Shown here piece by piece: positions 55,255 to 64,000 of a DNA stretch of 64,000 nucleotides. The notes under the pieces were generated by a model, which had not been told where the DNA came from, did not search any database, and saw only the letters and a list, made by a program, of their open reading frames with translations. A program made the translations under genes and the position numbers. Origin of the DNA: an uncultured bacterium (GTDB taxonomy: Bacteria; Cyanobacteriota; Vampirovibrionia; Gastranaerophilales; Gastranaerophilaceae); assembly GCA_902783835.1 (NCBI GenBank), contig CACZSN010000019.1, forward strand, positions 25,301-89,300. The letters run 5' to 3'. Positions within the stretch are counted from its first letter, which is position 1, and each line of letters opens with the position of its first letter.

Positions 55255-55814
55255 TGCCGGTTGAAGAAATTATGAATTCAGGTAAAGAGAAAATGGAAAA
55301 AGCGATAGGAACTTTGAAAAAGTCATTCGCTTCAGTTAGAACAGGCAGAGCAAATCCGCTTATTCTTGAAAAAGTTACGGTAGATTATTATGGAGCACCC
55401 ACTCCGCTTCGCCAAATGGCACAAGTTACGGTTCAAGAAGGTACTACACTTGTTATTGCACCGTTTGATAAATCAATCTTGAAAGAAATCGAAAAAGCAA
55501 TTATTAAGGCTGATTTAGGAATTACTCCTAACAGTGACGGTATCGTTGTAAGACTTCCGTTCCCGCCTTTGACAACCGATAAGAGAAAAGAAATTGCAAA
55601 AGATGTTAAAAAATTAGGCGAAGAAGCAAAAGTTGCGGTAAGAAACATTCGTCGTGATATGGCTGATGACGTTAAAAAGGCTGAAAAAGCGGAAAATCTT
55701 CCTGAAGATGCAGTTAAAGACGCTCAAGACAGCATTCAAAAATTGACTGACAAATACACAAAAACTATTGAAGATTTGTGTGCAGAAAAGGAAAAAGAGG
55801 TTTTAACAATATAG
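55254..55814 (+). CDS. frr: Ribosome recycling factor
   Basis: 186 aa. VRTGRANPLILEKVTVDYYG and IRRD motifs. TAATG stop/start overlap with pyrH. Confidence 0.9.
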   Translation: MPVEEIMNSGKEKMEKAIGTLKKSFASVRTGRANPLILEKVTVDYYGAPTPLRQMAQVTVQEGTTLVIAPFDKSILKEIEKAIIKADLGITPNSDGIVVRLPFPPLTTDKRKEIAKDVKKLGEEAKVAVRNIRRDMADDVKKAEKAENLPEDAVKDAQDSIQKLTDKYTKTIEDLCAEKEKEVLTI

Positions 55815-56725
55815 TGACACCAACGGAAGAAGCAACAGCAAAAAAGAACAGTGATACAAGAGCGTTAACCGGACTTATTACCGGATTAATAATTTTTGCA
55901 TCAATTTACATAGGCGGATTTGTTTTCGCCGCAGTCGTAGGTATTTTTGTATTTTTCGCATTGAAAGAATATGTAAAAATCCTCCAGTGCAAAGGTTTTC
56001 AACCATCATTCAGAATATCTTTGTTTGTGGCTTTTTTGCTGTTCTTGAGTTCCGTGGCACATAGAAATGATTTGTTCCCGCTCGTTATAATTTTTGGTGT
56101 GATTTTGTCATTCTGTGCGGTATTGTTTAAACTTAGACAACCATATATTGCAAATGTTGCAACAACTGTTTTCGGATTTATTTTGTGTTGGTTACCGACT
56201 CATGTATATTTGGTCAGAGGTCTCGGTGCTCCCGGAAAAGGTTTTTTGACATTATGTAATCATAATGCGGGACTTGGCTATTTAATCATGATGTTTTTCA
56301 CGGTTTTGGCAACAGATATTTGTGCATTTTTTGTGGGAAGAAAATTCGGTAAACATCAATTATCCCCCGAAGTAAGTCCGAAAAAATCAATAGAAGGTGC
56401 TATTGGCGGAAGTGTTGCCGCTATTATTATTGCTGTATTTTTCGGATATGTTTTGGAAATTCCGCTTTGGAAATCTTTTTTGGGCGGAGTGTTGATAACT
56501 TTCTTTGCTCAAATTGGCGATTTGTCGGAATCTTTGCTCAAACGTGATGCAGGAGTAAAGGATTCCGGAAACAGTCTGCCCGGTCATGGCGGTTTTCTTG
56601 ATCGTGCCGACAGCTATATTCTTTCCGCTCCCGTTGCATATTATTTCTTTAAGTGTATCGTGATGGGCGATTGGACTTTCTTTGACAGTATTCAAAGGGC
56701 TCTTGCTAATGTCGGACTCATGTAA
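55814..56725 (+). CDS. cdsA: Phosphatidate cytidylyltransferase
   Basis: Signature SLLKRDAGVKDSGNSLPGHGGFLDRADS. Start uncertain: GTG at 55814 (TAGTG overlap with the frr stop) is preferred over the track start at 55778. Confidence 0.8.
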   Translation: MTPTEEATAKKNSDTRALTGLITGLIIFASIYIGGFVFAAVVGIFVFFALKEYVKILQCKGFQPSFRISLFVAFLLFLSSVAHRNDLFPLVIIFGVILSFCAVLFKLRQPYIANVATTVFGFILCWLPTHVYLVRGLGAPGKGFLTLCNHNAGLGYLIMMFFTVLATDICAFFVGRKFGKHQLSPEVSPKKSIEGAIGGSVAAIIIAVFFGYVLEIPLWKSFLGGVLITFFAQIGDLSESLLKRDAGVKDSGNSLPGHGGFLDRADSYILSAPVAYYFFKCIVMGDWTFFDSIQRALANVGLM

Positions 56726-57431
56726 AGATATTTCTTCTTTGCTAAAAAAAACAGGTTTTGAAAATTTGGATAAGAAATTTTTTGAGCCAGCGTTGACTCA
56801 TCCTTCTTATACAATTGAACATAAATTACCACCAAATGATTGTTACGAAAGGCTTGAGTTTCTTGGGGATGCTGTTTTGAAACTTGTTGTAAGCGATATG
56901 TTATACAAAAAATTTCCGAACAGTAATGAAGGAAAACTTTCTAATATCAGAGCGATTTTGGTTAGTGATGATTTTTTGTTTAATCTTGCTCAAGATTTGA
57001 ATTTAAAAAATTATTTGAGACTTTCCAAAGCATTTGAAAAAGAAGGCGGCAGAACTGTTGTATCCGTTTCTGCATGTGCTTTTGAGGCATTTTTAGGTGT
57101 GCTTTTTGAACAAAATGTTGAAATGTCTAAAATTTCTGAATTTTTGAATAATTTGTATTCAAAATATGAGGAAGAATTGAAAATAATTTTGCCGAAATTT
57201 AATTCCAAAGCGATTTTGCAGGAATATACCCAAAAAATTCATCAAGATTTGCCGATTTATGATTTGGTTTCGAAAATCGGAGAAGATAATGATGCAACTT
57301 TCACGATAAAAGTGTCTTATCATGGTGAAGAATTGGGTGTCGGTATCGGAAAATCAAAAAAACAAGCGGAACGGGAAGCCGCTTATAAAGCGTGTTTGAA
57401 GTTAAAAATTACAGGAGAAAACGATGAATAA
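56709..57431 (+). CDS. rnc: Ribonuclease III
   Basis: ERLEFLGDAVLKLVVS catalytic signature and a C-terminal dsRBD (GKSKKQAEREAAYKA). ATG at 56709 is preferred over the TTG at 56682. Confidence 0.85.
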   Translation: MSDSCKDISSLLKKTGFENLDKKFFEPALTHPSYTIEHKLPPNDCYERLEFLGDAVLKLVVSDMLYKKFPNSNEGKLSNIRAILVSDDFLFNLAQDLNLKNYLRLSKAFEKEGGRTVVSVSACAFEAFLGVLFEQNVEMSKISEFLNNLYSKYEEELKIILPKFNSKAILQEYTQKIHQDLPIYDLVSKIGEDNDATFTIKVSYHGEELGVGIGKSKKQAEREAAYKACLKLKITGENDE

Positions 57432-58068
57432 TGTTGTGATTGCACCGTCAATTTTATCAGCTGATTTTGCAAATTTAGAACGTGATATCAAAAAAATTAA
57501 AGACGGTGGTGCGGAATGGGCACACGTTGATGTTATGGACGGTCATTTTGTCCCGAATATTACAATCGGTGCACCTGTTGTTAAGGCGATAAGAAAAGTT
57601 ACGGATATGTTTTTGGATGTTCATTTAATGATTGAAAATCCCGAAAAATACGTTCCTGATTTTGCTAAGGCGGGTTCTGATTTAATAACCTTCCACTATG
57701 AAGCCACAAGGGAAAACACGGATAGTGTTATTGATTTGATAAAGTCTTTCGGAATTAAAGTCGGACTTTCAATCAAGCCGAAAACGAAACCTGAAGAAAT
57801 CAAAGAGTATCTTGACAAAGTTGATATGATTTTGGTTATGACGGTAGAACCGGGATTTGGCGGTCAATCGTTTATGTCTGATTGTGCTGAAAAAATCAAA
57901 TATATTCGTGAAAATTCCACAAACAAGGATTTGCGAGTCGAAGTTGATGGCGGAATAAACGCTGAAACTGGCAAAATTTGTAAGGATTATGGTGCAGATA
58001 CGCTCGTTGCGGGCAGTTATGTGTACGGAAATTCGGATATAACAGCAGCAATTCAATCATTGAGGTAG
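57424..58068 (+). CDS. rpe: Ribulose-phosphate 3-epimerase
   Basis: 214 aa. IAPSILSADF, HVDVMDGHFVPN, MTVEPGFGGQ, VDGGI. Confidence 0.9.
   Translation: MNNVVIAPSILSADFANLERDIKKIKDGGAEWAHVDVMDGHFVPNITIGAPVVKAIRKVTDMFLDVHLMIENPEKYVPDFAKAGSDLITFHYEATRENTDSVIDLIKSFGIKVGLSIKPKTKPEEIKEYLDKVDMILVMTVEPGFGGQSFMSDCAEKIKYIRENSTNKDLRVEVDGGINAETGKICKDYGADTLVAGSYVYGNSDITAAIQSLR
57715..57729. repeat. AACAC-N5-GTGTT palindrome copy inside rpe
   Basis: AACAC-GGATA-GTGTT, in frame with rpe as AAC ACG GAT AGT GTT = N-T-D-S-V. Confidence 0.8.
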
Positions 58069-58072
58069 AAAA

Positions 58073-59002
58073 ATGTATAAAACGGAAGGTTTGATAGAAA
58101 CACATTTTCACGGTGCATTTGGCATTGATTTTATGGATTGCAACGAAGACGAAGTTGTCCAAGTTGCCGAAGGTGTTGCAAAACTCGGTATAACAAGAAT
58201 TTATCCGACATTAATGACGGGCGATTTTGCTCAAATTAAAAAGCAAATTTCCGTTATAAAAAATGCTGCGGAAAAACAACCCGAAAATACCGCAAAAATT
58301 TCAGGAATTCACCTTGAAGGTCCGTTTATTAATCCTCTGAAAAAAGGTATTCATCAGGCGGAATATGTGTTGAAGCCGACGGTTGAAAATTACAAAAAAT
58401 TGGAAGACGATTTTATAAAAATTGTGACAATTGCCCCTGAACTCGATGACAATCGTGAACTTTGTCAATATCTTCATTCCAAAAACGTTCTTGTTCAGGC
58501 AGGACATACAATGGCTGATGATTTGGCGGGATGCGATTCCGTTACTCACTTTTTCAATGCAATGCCTCCGCTTTCGCACAAATACAAAAATATTATCGCC
58601 GAAGCAATTGACAACGACGATTTGTTCCTCGAAATGATTGCGGACGGAAACCACGTTGTGGATGATGTTTTGAAGCTTGTTTTCCGTGCAAAAGACAGAA
58701 GCAAAATTGTTTTGATTTCTGATGCCTTGCCGATTGCTCATTGTGAGTTCAAAAAAGGCATTTTTGCCGGTCAAAAAGTTATGCTCAATAATGGCAGTTT
58801 CTACAATGAAAACGGAACTTTAGCCGGTAGCGGAATGTTGCAGTCGGATATCTTAAAACGACTCGTCAAAGATGAAATTCTCTCTTTTGATGATGCAGTT
58901 TATATGATGAATATAACTCCGCAAAAATATCTCAACGTCTTAAATAATGCATATGTTACTTTCGACGATGATATAAATGTTCAAAAAGTCGATTTCATTT
59001 AA
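58073..59002 (+). CDS. nagA: N-acetylglucosamine-6-phosphate deacetylase-like amidohydrolase, short form
   Basis: 309 aa. ETHFHGAFGIDFMD (HxH), GIHLEGPFINP, QAGHTMA, THFFNAMPPLSHK, EMIADGNHV, ISDAL. Lacks the ~50-aa N-terminal beta-sandwich strands of typical NagA. Confidence 0.7.
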   Translation: MYKTEGLIETHFHGAFGIDFMDCNEDEVVQVAEGVAKLGITRIYPTLMTGDFAQIKKQISVIKNAAEKQPENTAKISGIHLEGPFINPLKKGIHQAEYVLKPTVENYKKLEDDFIKIVTIAPELDDNRELCQYLHSKNVLVQAGHTMADDLAGCDSVTHFFNAMPPLSHKYKNIIAEAIDNDDLFLEMIADGNHVVDDVLKLVFRAKDRSKIVLISDALPIAHCEFKKGIFAGQKVMLNNGSFYNENGTLAGSGMLQSDILKRLVKDEILSFDDAVYMMNITPQKYLNVLNNAYVTFDDDINVQKVDFI

Positions 59003-59599
59003 TTAAAAATCAAAAAGTTTTTCCGCTTGTTTTTTAATGTAAATATTTCCTGCAAACTTTTTATAACAAGAAAGTTCGTTTTTGAGTGCGTAAATTTCTT
59101 TGTCATTTTGTGCAAGTTTTTTTCTCATATCTTCAGCTTCCGTCTTGCAACGAACTAAATCCATAATGACAGCGTCAATTCCGCCTAATTTTTCTTCAAG
59201 TTTGCTTTCTAATTTTTCATCAAGCAAGTTAGCAAATTTATCGTAAACACCTGTTTCGATGTTCTTTACAGCTCCCGTAATTTGTTTTAAAAGAGCAAGT
59301 GTTTCGTCGGCTCTTTTTTGTTCTGCCGGCAATTGCGGTGCTGCTTCTTGATGCTTTGAGGGTGTCTTTTTTAAGCCGTTTTTGAGTTGAACGGATTTTT
59401 CTTCTTGCATTGTTGCTTGATTTTGCAAGTCTTGCAAGCGTTTAAGGGTTTTTACGTCATCTGTCGTAAAATAAGTCAAACCTTTTTCATTCTTTTTAAG
59501 CGGAACATTACCGCTTTTGCAAAGACGTAAAATTTCATCATTGTTGACTTTTAAAATATCTCGAACCGTTTTCGGCAAAATTTCGAGTCCGTTACCCAT
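59003..59599 (-). CDS. Hypothetical protein: N-terminal excisionase/MerR-like HTH (tentative) plus coiled coil
   Basis: 198 aa. ILPKTVRDILKVNNDEILRLCKSGNVPLKKNEKGLTYFTTDDV resembles HTH_17-type domains. The C-terminal half is helical and charged. Confidence 0.35.
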   Translation of the reverse strand: MGNGLEILPKTVRDILKVNNDEILRLCKSGNVPLKKNEKGLTYFTTDDVKTLKRLQDLQNQATMQEEKSVQLKNGLKKTPSKHQEAAPQLPAEQKRADETLALLKQITGAVKNIETGVYDKFANLLDEKLESKLEEKLGGIDAVIMDLVRCKTEAEDMRKKLAQNDKEIYALKNELSCYKKFAGNIYIKKQAEKLFDF

Positions 59600-59737
59600 C
59601 TTAAATCCCCTTTTCTTTACTACATTATATTAAAGATAAAAAAAGCATGTTAAATTTTTACGGGTATTTTTGAAGTTTTGTAACATAACTTTTTCAAAAG
59701 ACAAAAATAATACTCTTTTTTCTCATATTATATTATT

Positions 59738-61303
59738 ATGCAAAATTTGTTTAAAAAATTAATTAAATCATTGATTTTTGGAGCGGTTTTTTTAATCCCC
59801 GTCATTCTAATTTATTATACAAATAGTGTTTTGCCTATGAGCGGTCACGAATTTAGAATTCCTTTCGGAAGAGAGTTTCTTAATCCCGAACACGGAAGAT
59901 ATATTGCAACCGCTTTTGGAAATACGTTTTTTGAACAATTGCCGAGAATTTTGAACATTCATGTTCTTGATTTTAGATCTTCCGGAATTTTGTTTTCGGT
60001 TATTATTTTAAGTATAAGCATTTTTTCGATTATTGGATACGGATTTTTGTTATTTTTCGAAAAAACGGATAATCATAAACATTGGCTTTGGTTGCTTTGT
60101 TATATTGTGACTTTTTTGATTTTTTTCAATCACAATTTCAGATATCTATATCATGCCGATTTGGTTATATTTTTTGAATATACATCAAGTCTGATTCCGT
60201 ATTTGACTTCGTTGTCAATTGTATTTTGGATTTTTTCAAAACAAAAAATTCCGTCAAATCTTATTTTTGGTCTGTTTTTATGCTCATCGTTTTTTACGGG
60301 AATTTCGATTGAAGCCTTGAATATTCCTTATTTTCTTTTCTTGTGTGCGATAACACTATTTGTGGCAATTGATTACCGAAAAGATATTAACAACGAAACG
60401 AAGAAACAAATCCTGAAAATATTTATATTTGCACTAATCATTAATACAATATCTTGTGCTTTTTATTATTTGAAACCTGTTGATCACGATATGAATGACA
60501 AAGACTTTTTGTTATCCGCGTGGAAAAGTTTCTTCCCTGTGATTTTTGACAAGTTTATAAACAAATATATTATTTTCCATTTAATTTCCTTAATAGGATT
60601 GGGTGCGATTGCTTTTCGCCGAAAAAATTTTCAAAACCAAAATGTCAGATTTTTTGCGGTCATTGTTTTTAATACCGTTTCTTTGCTTACATTTTGTTTT
60701 TTAGGCAATTATTATATTTTTTGCATGTACGATATAGGTTGTCTGTTAGGGGAAGAAAAATATTTTTTGACTTATGTTGCCACATTATTTTTCCAAAATT
60801 TCGTTATTTGGGGATATTATTTTGCAACATCTTCCGATAAAAAATCCGTCAAAATCCTTTATGCGGAAATTGGTGTGATTTTGCTCATTTTGGCTGCAAA
60901 TTATCAATATTTTCAAGGGTATTTGACCGAAATGACGAGGTGGAGAAATGAAGCTTCTCATTGGAGAAAACGACAATATTGTGTTGAAAAATTAATGGTT
61001 GCTCAGGCAGGAAAAGAAACAATTACTTTTCCTAATATCTATTGGGATTATGACAGTTTGGGCGATAAAGCCTTTTTATTCTGTTTAATGATTGTTCATT
61101 ATCCTGATTTTAAAAATTTGAAAACAATTGTCGTTGATAACAGTCTTCCTTTTGATGATTTTATGGAAAAAGAAGCTGATGATTATAAATTTTCCAATCT
61201 TTTGCAACACAAAATTGAGCAATACGAAGGTGATTATTCACTCGTTTTTGAAGAAATTAAAGAAGAAAATGATAAAGTCATTTTTGAATTACAACATTAT
61301 TAA
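59738..61303 (+). CDS. Polytopic membrane protein, paralogue 1 (possible GT-C-like glycosyltransferase)
   Basis: 521 aa with about 11-12 TMs. First-loop motif SGHEFRIPFGREFLNPEHGRY. About 110-aa soluble C-terminal domain. Confidence 0.55.
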   Translation: MQNLFKKLIKSLIFGAVFLIPVILIYYTNSVLPMSGHEFRIPFGREFLNPEHGRYIATAFGNTFFEQLPRILNIHVLDFRSSGILFSVIILSISIFSIIGYGFLLFFEKTDNHKHWLWLLCYIVTFLIFFNHNFRYLYHADLVIFFEYTSSLIPYLTSLSIVFWIFSKQKIPSNLIFGLFLCSSFFTGISIEALNIPYFLFLCAITLFVAIDYRKDINNETKKQILKIFIFALIINTISCAFYYLKPVDHDMNDKDFLLSAWKSFFPVIFDKFINKYIIFHLISLIGLGAIAFRRKNFQNQNVRFFAVIVFNTVSLLTFCFLGNYYIFCMYDIGCLLGEEKYFLTYVATLFFQNFVIWGYYFATSSDKKSVKILYAEIGVILLILAANYQYFQGYLTEMTRWRNEASHWRKRQYCVEKLMVAQAGKETITFPNIYWDYDSLGDKAFLFCLMIVHYPDFKNLKTIVVDNSLPFDDFMEKEADDYKFSNLLQHKIEQYEGDYSLVFEEIKEENDKVIFELQHY

Positions 61304-61354
61304 AATATTGTTTCTCATTTTGTAAAATAATACTTATCGTGCTAAAATTTCTGT

Positions 61355-62926
61355 ATGAAGAAAATTCCAACTCTTTTTTCAAAGGAAACACTTAAATATT
61401 TTATTTTTATCTTATTATTATTGATTCCTGTCGGTATAATGTTTTATACGAGCAGCGTTTTGTCGTTGAACGGGCATGAATTATGGCTTCCGTATGGCAG
61501 AAATTTCTTTAATCCCGAACACGGAAGATATATCGGTACGGCTTTTGAAAGATTTTGTTTGGAACAATTGCCGTTGATGTTGAATGTTCATACTCAGGAT
61601 TTTCGCCCGACTTTTATTGCTTCTGTCGTAAATTTGATTACGGTTATTCTGTTTTCGATTATTGCTTACGGCTTTTTATTGTTTAAAAAACACAAAAATA
61701 AAAATGATTTGATAATTTGGGCACTTTGCTATCTTACGGCCTTTTTCGTTTTCTTTAATGACCATTTTGGCTTTCTTTTTCAATCGGATATTATCATATT
61801 TTTTGAATATACTTCAAGTTTAATCCCGTATTTTATCTCACTTACGGTCGCAATATATTTGTTTACAAAACAAGAAGCACCTTCTAAATCGATTTTTTGG
61901 CTATTCTTAATTATGTCATTTTTTACCGGATTGTCGATAGAATTTATAAATGTGCCGTATACCTTGTTTTTGGGAATGATAACACTATTTGTTGCAATAG
62001 ATTATTTTAAGTTTGGAAAAAATGAAGTAAAAAAATCACTTTTGAAACTTTTTATTTATGGCGGTTTGCTTGATATTTTAGCGTGCATTTTCTATTATAT
62101 TCAGCCGACAGACCATGCATATTCCGAAAAATATATGTTTTTTACGATATGGAAGGATTTTTTCCCGGTTATATTCAAAATCACCTTTACTAATGTAATA
62201 TCTCTGTATGTTTCCTTGGTATTGGGGATTGCGGCGGTTTGCCTTTTGGGTAAAAATGAAAGAAATCAAAAAACAAGATTTGTTTCGGCAATTGTTTTTA
62301 ACACTGTTTCTTTACTCGCCTTTTACGTTTTCGGATTTTACATAATTCTTTGTTTTTACGATATGGGTCTTTTGTTGAAAGAACCAAGATATATCTTTTT
62401 ATACATTTTTACATTGTTTTTCCAAGGCTTTATGGTTTGGGGATATGCGGCAAGTATTTTTAAACAATCAAAGAGAGTTTTTGCTTGTGAAATTTCTTTG
62501 ATATTGTTTATTTTGCTCGCTAATAGTGTTTATTTAAAAGATTATGTGTTTTATTTGAATAAATACAGACAAGAATCTCTCTATGAAAGACAAAGACAGT
62601 ATTATATCGAAGGTATTATGATGGAGCAGGTCGGCAACGAAACTCTTGTTTTCCCTAAAATATTTTTCGATGATGATAACGCTTCCGACAGAACATTGGT
62701 GTATTTTTTGAAATTATTGCACTATCCTGATTTCGATAATGCTTATAAAATTATTATCTATAAAAAATCCAATATTAGTGATTTTATGGATGAAGATAGT
62801 AATGATTTAAAATTTTCAAAATATTTGAAACATCGAATTATAAAATATGGCGGTGTTTATTTTACAAATTATGAAAAAACACACGAAGAAGAAGACAGAG
62901 CCTTCTTCGATTTAACAAAATGGTAA
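61355..62926 (+). CDS. Polytopic membrane protein, paralogue 2
   Basis: 523 aa, collinear with 59738-61303 (NGHELWLPYGRNFFNPEHGRY; FFEYTSSLIPY; ITLFVAIDY; HYPDF). Confidence 0.55.
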   Translation: MKKIPTLFSKETLKYFIFILLLLIPVGIMFYTSSVLSLNGHELWLPYGRNFFNPEHGRYIGTAFERFCLEQLPLMLNVHTQDFRPTFIASVVNLITVILFSIIAYGFLLFKKHKNKNDLIIWALCYLTAFFVFFNDHFGFLFQSDIIIFFEYTSSLIPYFISLTVAIYLFTKQEAPSKSIFWLFLIMSFFTGLSIEFINVPYTLFLGMITLFVAIDYFKFGKNEVKKSLLKLFIYGGLLDILACIFYYIQPTDHAYSEKYMFFTIWKDFFPVIFKITFTNVISLYVSLVLGIAAVCLLGKNERNQKTRFVSAIVFNTVSLLAFYVFGFYIILCFYDMGLLLKEPRYIFLYIFTLFFQGFMVWGYAASIFKQSKRVFACEISLILFILLANSVYLKDYVFYLNKYRQESLYERQRQYYIEGIMMEQVGNETLVFPKIFFDDDNASDRTLVYFLKLLHYPDFDNAYKIIIYKKSNISDFMDEDSNDLKFSKYLKHRIIKYGGVYFTNYEKTHEEEDRAFFDLTKW

Positions 62927-62930
62927 ATAA

Positions 62931-62950
62931 AAAGCCGACATTGTCGGCTC
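62931..62950 (-). terminator. Terminator hairpin downstream of the flagellar rod gene
   Basis: GCCGAC-ATT-GTCGGC. The T-run (TTTTTATTT) is on the minus-strand side. Confidence 0.6.
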
Positions 62951-62989
62951 GTAAGAATGGAATTTGATTGGATTTAAGGAATTTATTTA

Positions 62990-63826
62990 TTAACTGCTCA
63001 TAAGTTCCATAGCTTGTTGTAGCAGTTGTTTGTTTGATTGAAGTAATTTTTGGGTTATGTTCCATTGGGTTTGAGCCATTTTATAAGTGTTAATGTTTTT
63101 GCCCAAACCGGAGTTTGAAAGTTCAATCAAACCGCCTCTGACTTCCCCTGTACTGCATACGGGTTTTCCGGATTCTTCAGTTTCAATAAATTGCAAGGGT
63201 TTAATTTCAAACAATTCAGCAGGGTTGTGGAAATTCATGATTGCAATTTTGTACAAAGGTGTTTTGACTTTACCGTTTTCGGCTTTACCGTATACGATAC
63301 CGTCTCCTTCGATTTTGAATTCATCATATTTTCCGAGGTATTTGCCGTTGCCCGGGTCAATCCAAAGTTTGATGTCTGTTGTAGGAATTTGAACGCTGCC
63401 GCCATTTATGGTTGCTTCGGTAAAAATGTCTGCATCCATCGGCTTCGTACCTTGCATAATTTCGCCTTTATCGTTTAAGATATAGCCTTGAACTCTTTTT
63501 CCGTCCGATGTTTTGTATACACCTTCACCGTCAAACTTAAATTCACCCAATCTTGTATAGGCAATCTTTCCTGCAGAATCTCTGATTACGAAAAAGCCTT
63601 TACCTTCGAGATATACGTTTTCATCAGATGTTCCGGGGGTTGATTTTCCTTGGCTTGTACTTTTGTAAACCGAATCAGGAGCTACACCGCCCATATAAGT
63701 CTTGAAATTGACCTTGTTTTCACGATAGCCGGGAGTGTAACAGTTCATCATGTTTTCACCGATACCGTCCATCCAGTGAGAGGTCATTGTTTGTGTGTTT
63801 AGAGCATTAATAAACGAATCGTTCAT
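62990..63826 (-). CDS. Flagellar basal-body rod family protein (FlgF/FlgG-like)
   Basis: 278 aa. N-terminal NMMNCYTPGYRENK resembles the NxxNxxTxGYK rod signature. C-terminal LIELSNSG...YKMAQTQWNITQKLLQSNKQLLQQAMEL resembles the conserved rod/hook C-terminus. Confidence 0.65.
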   Translation of the reverse strand: MNDSFINALNTQTMTSHWMDGIGENMMNCYTPGYRENKVNFKTYMGGVAPDSVYKSTSQGKSTPGTSDENVYLEGKGFFVIRDSAGKIAYTRLGEFKFDGEGVYKTSDGKRVQGYILNDKGEIMQGTKPMDADIFTEATINGGSVQIPTTDIKLWIDPGNGKYLGKYDEFKIEGDGIVYGKAENGKVKTPLYKIAIMNFHNPAELFEIKPLQFIETEESGKPVCSTGEVRGGLIELSNSGLGKNINTYKMAQTQWNITQKLLQSNKQLLQQAMELMSS

Positions 63827-64000
63827 TAGTATTCTCCTTCATCATTTTCTTGTTGATATTGTTGTCTGTATCCGTTTTGATTTTGTTGATTTTGCTGTTT
63901 TTGTTGTCTCGATTTGTAAGATAAGTCATTGTAAGGAATTTCCTGCTCCTCAAAAGCTTGTTCAAGATAGGCGATGTTGCTTCTTAAAAAATCTTCTGCC
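63826..64000 (-). CDS. Hypothetical protein, C-terminal fragment (ORF enters from beyond the right edge)
   Basis: Reverse-complement translation gives ...AEDFLRSNIAYLEQAFEEQEIPYNDLSYKSRQQKQQNQQNQNGYRQQYQQENDEGEY*. TAATG stop/start overlap with the rod gene suggests the same operon. Confidence 0.4.
   Translation of the reverse strand, partial: AEDFLRSNIAYLEQAFEEQEIPYNDLSYKSRQQKQQNQQNQNGYRQQYQQENDEGEY

Overview
This is a gene-dense window from a low-GC bacterial chromosome (by eye about one-third G+C; I did not compute it). All protein calls come from motif recall on the supplied translations. No database search was possible.

Most of the window is housekeeping:
- gmk, rsmD, a Nif3-like gene, tyrA, pckA, kdsA, alr and nadK
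- a tight grpE-dnaJ-led co-directional cluster, then proB-proA, queA, yidC, miaA and rpmB
- dgt-dnaG-rpoD, and pyrH-frr-cdsA-rnc-rpe-nagA-like
- tRNA-Thr(CGU) and tRNA-Lys(UUU)
- a flagellar rod-family gene at the right edge

kdsA and the flagellar rod gene suggest a diderm, flagellated organism. The short arogenate-dehydrogenase-type TyrA resembles cyanobacterial TyrA. A non-photosynthetic cyanobacterial relative (Melainabacteria-like) is therefore a low-confidence guess.

Accessory content:
- a visibly AT-richer island after tRNA-Thr (three XRE regulators, a zinc-ribbon/FxLYD protein, a TPR protein and an SGNH-like protein)
- a Stealth / PIG-L / GT-B glycan cluster
- a GtrB-like GT2 next to a YdjC-like deacetylase
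- a processive GT2
- two tandem paralogous ~520-aa polytopic membrane proteins
- two tandem paralogous secreted coiled-coil proteins beside a matrixin-like protease
- a calpain-like cysteine protease with a very large insertion

The two signals I consider most unusual are not ordinary genes.
1. A hairpin palindrome, AACAC-N5-GTGTT, is strongly over-represented. Five copies lie within 1.24 kb around proA. Three of these sit in-frame inside the CDS, each read as NTNSV. Frame-locked copies also occur in grpE and rpe.
2. A four-unit tandem repeat upstream of tyrA reads as a chain of overlapping homologous mini-ORFs and also shows hairpin covariation.

I saw no CRISPR array, integrase, transposase or recognisable defence operon.
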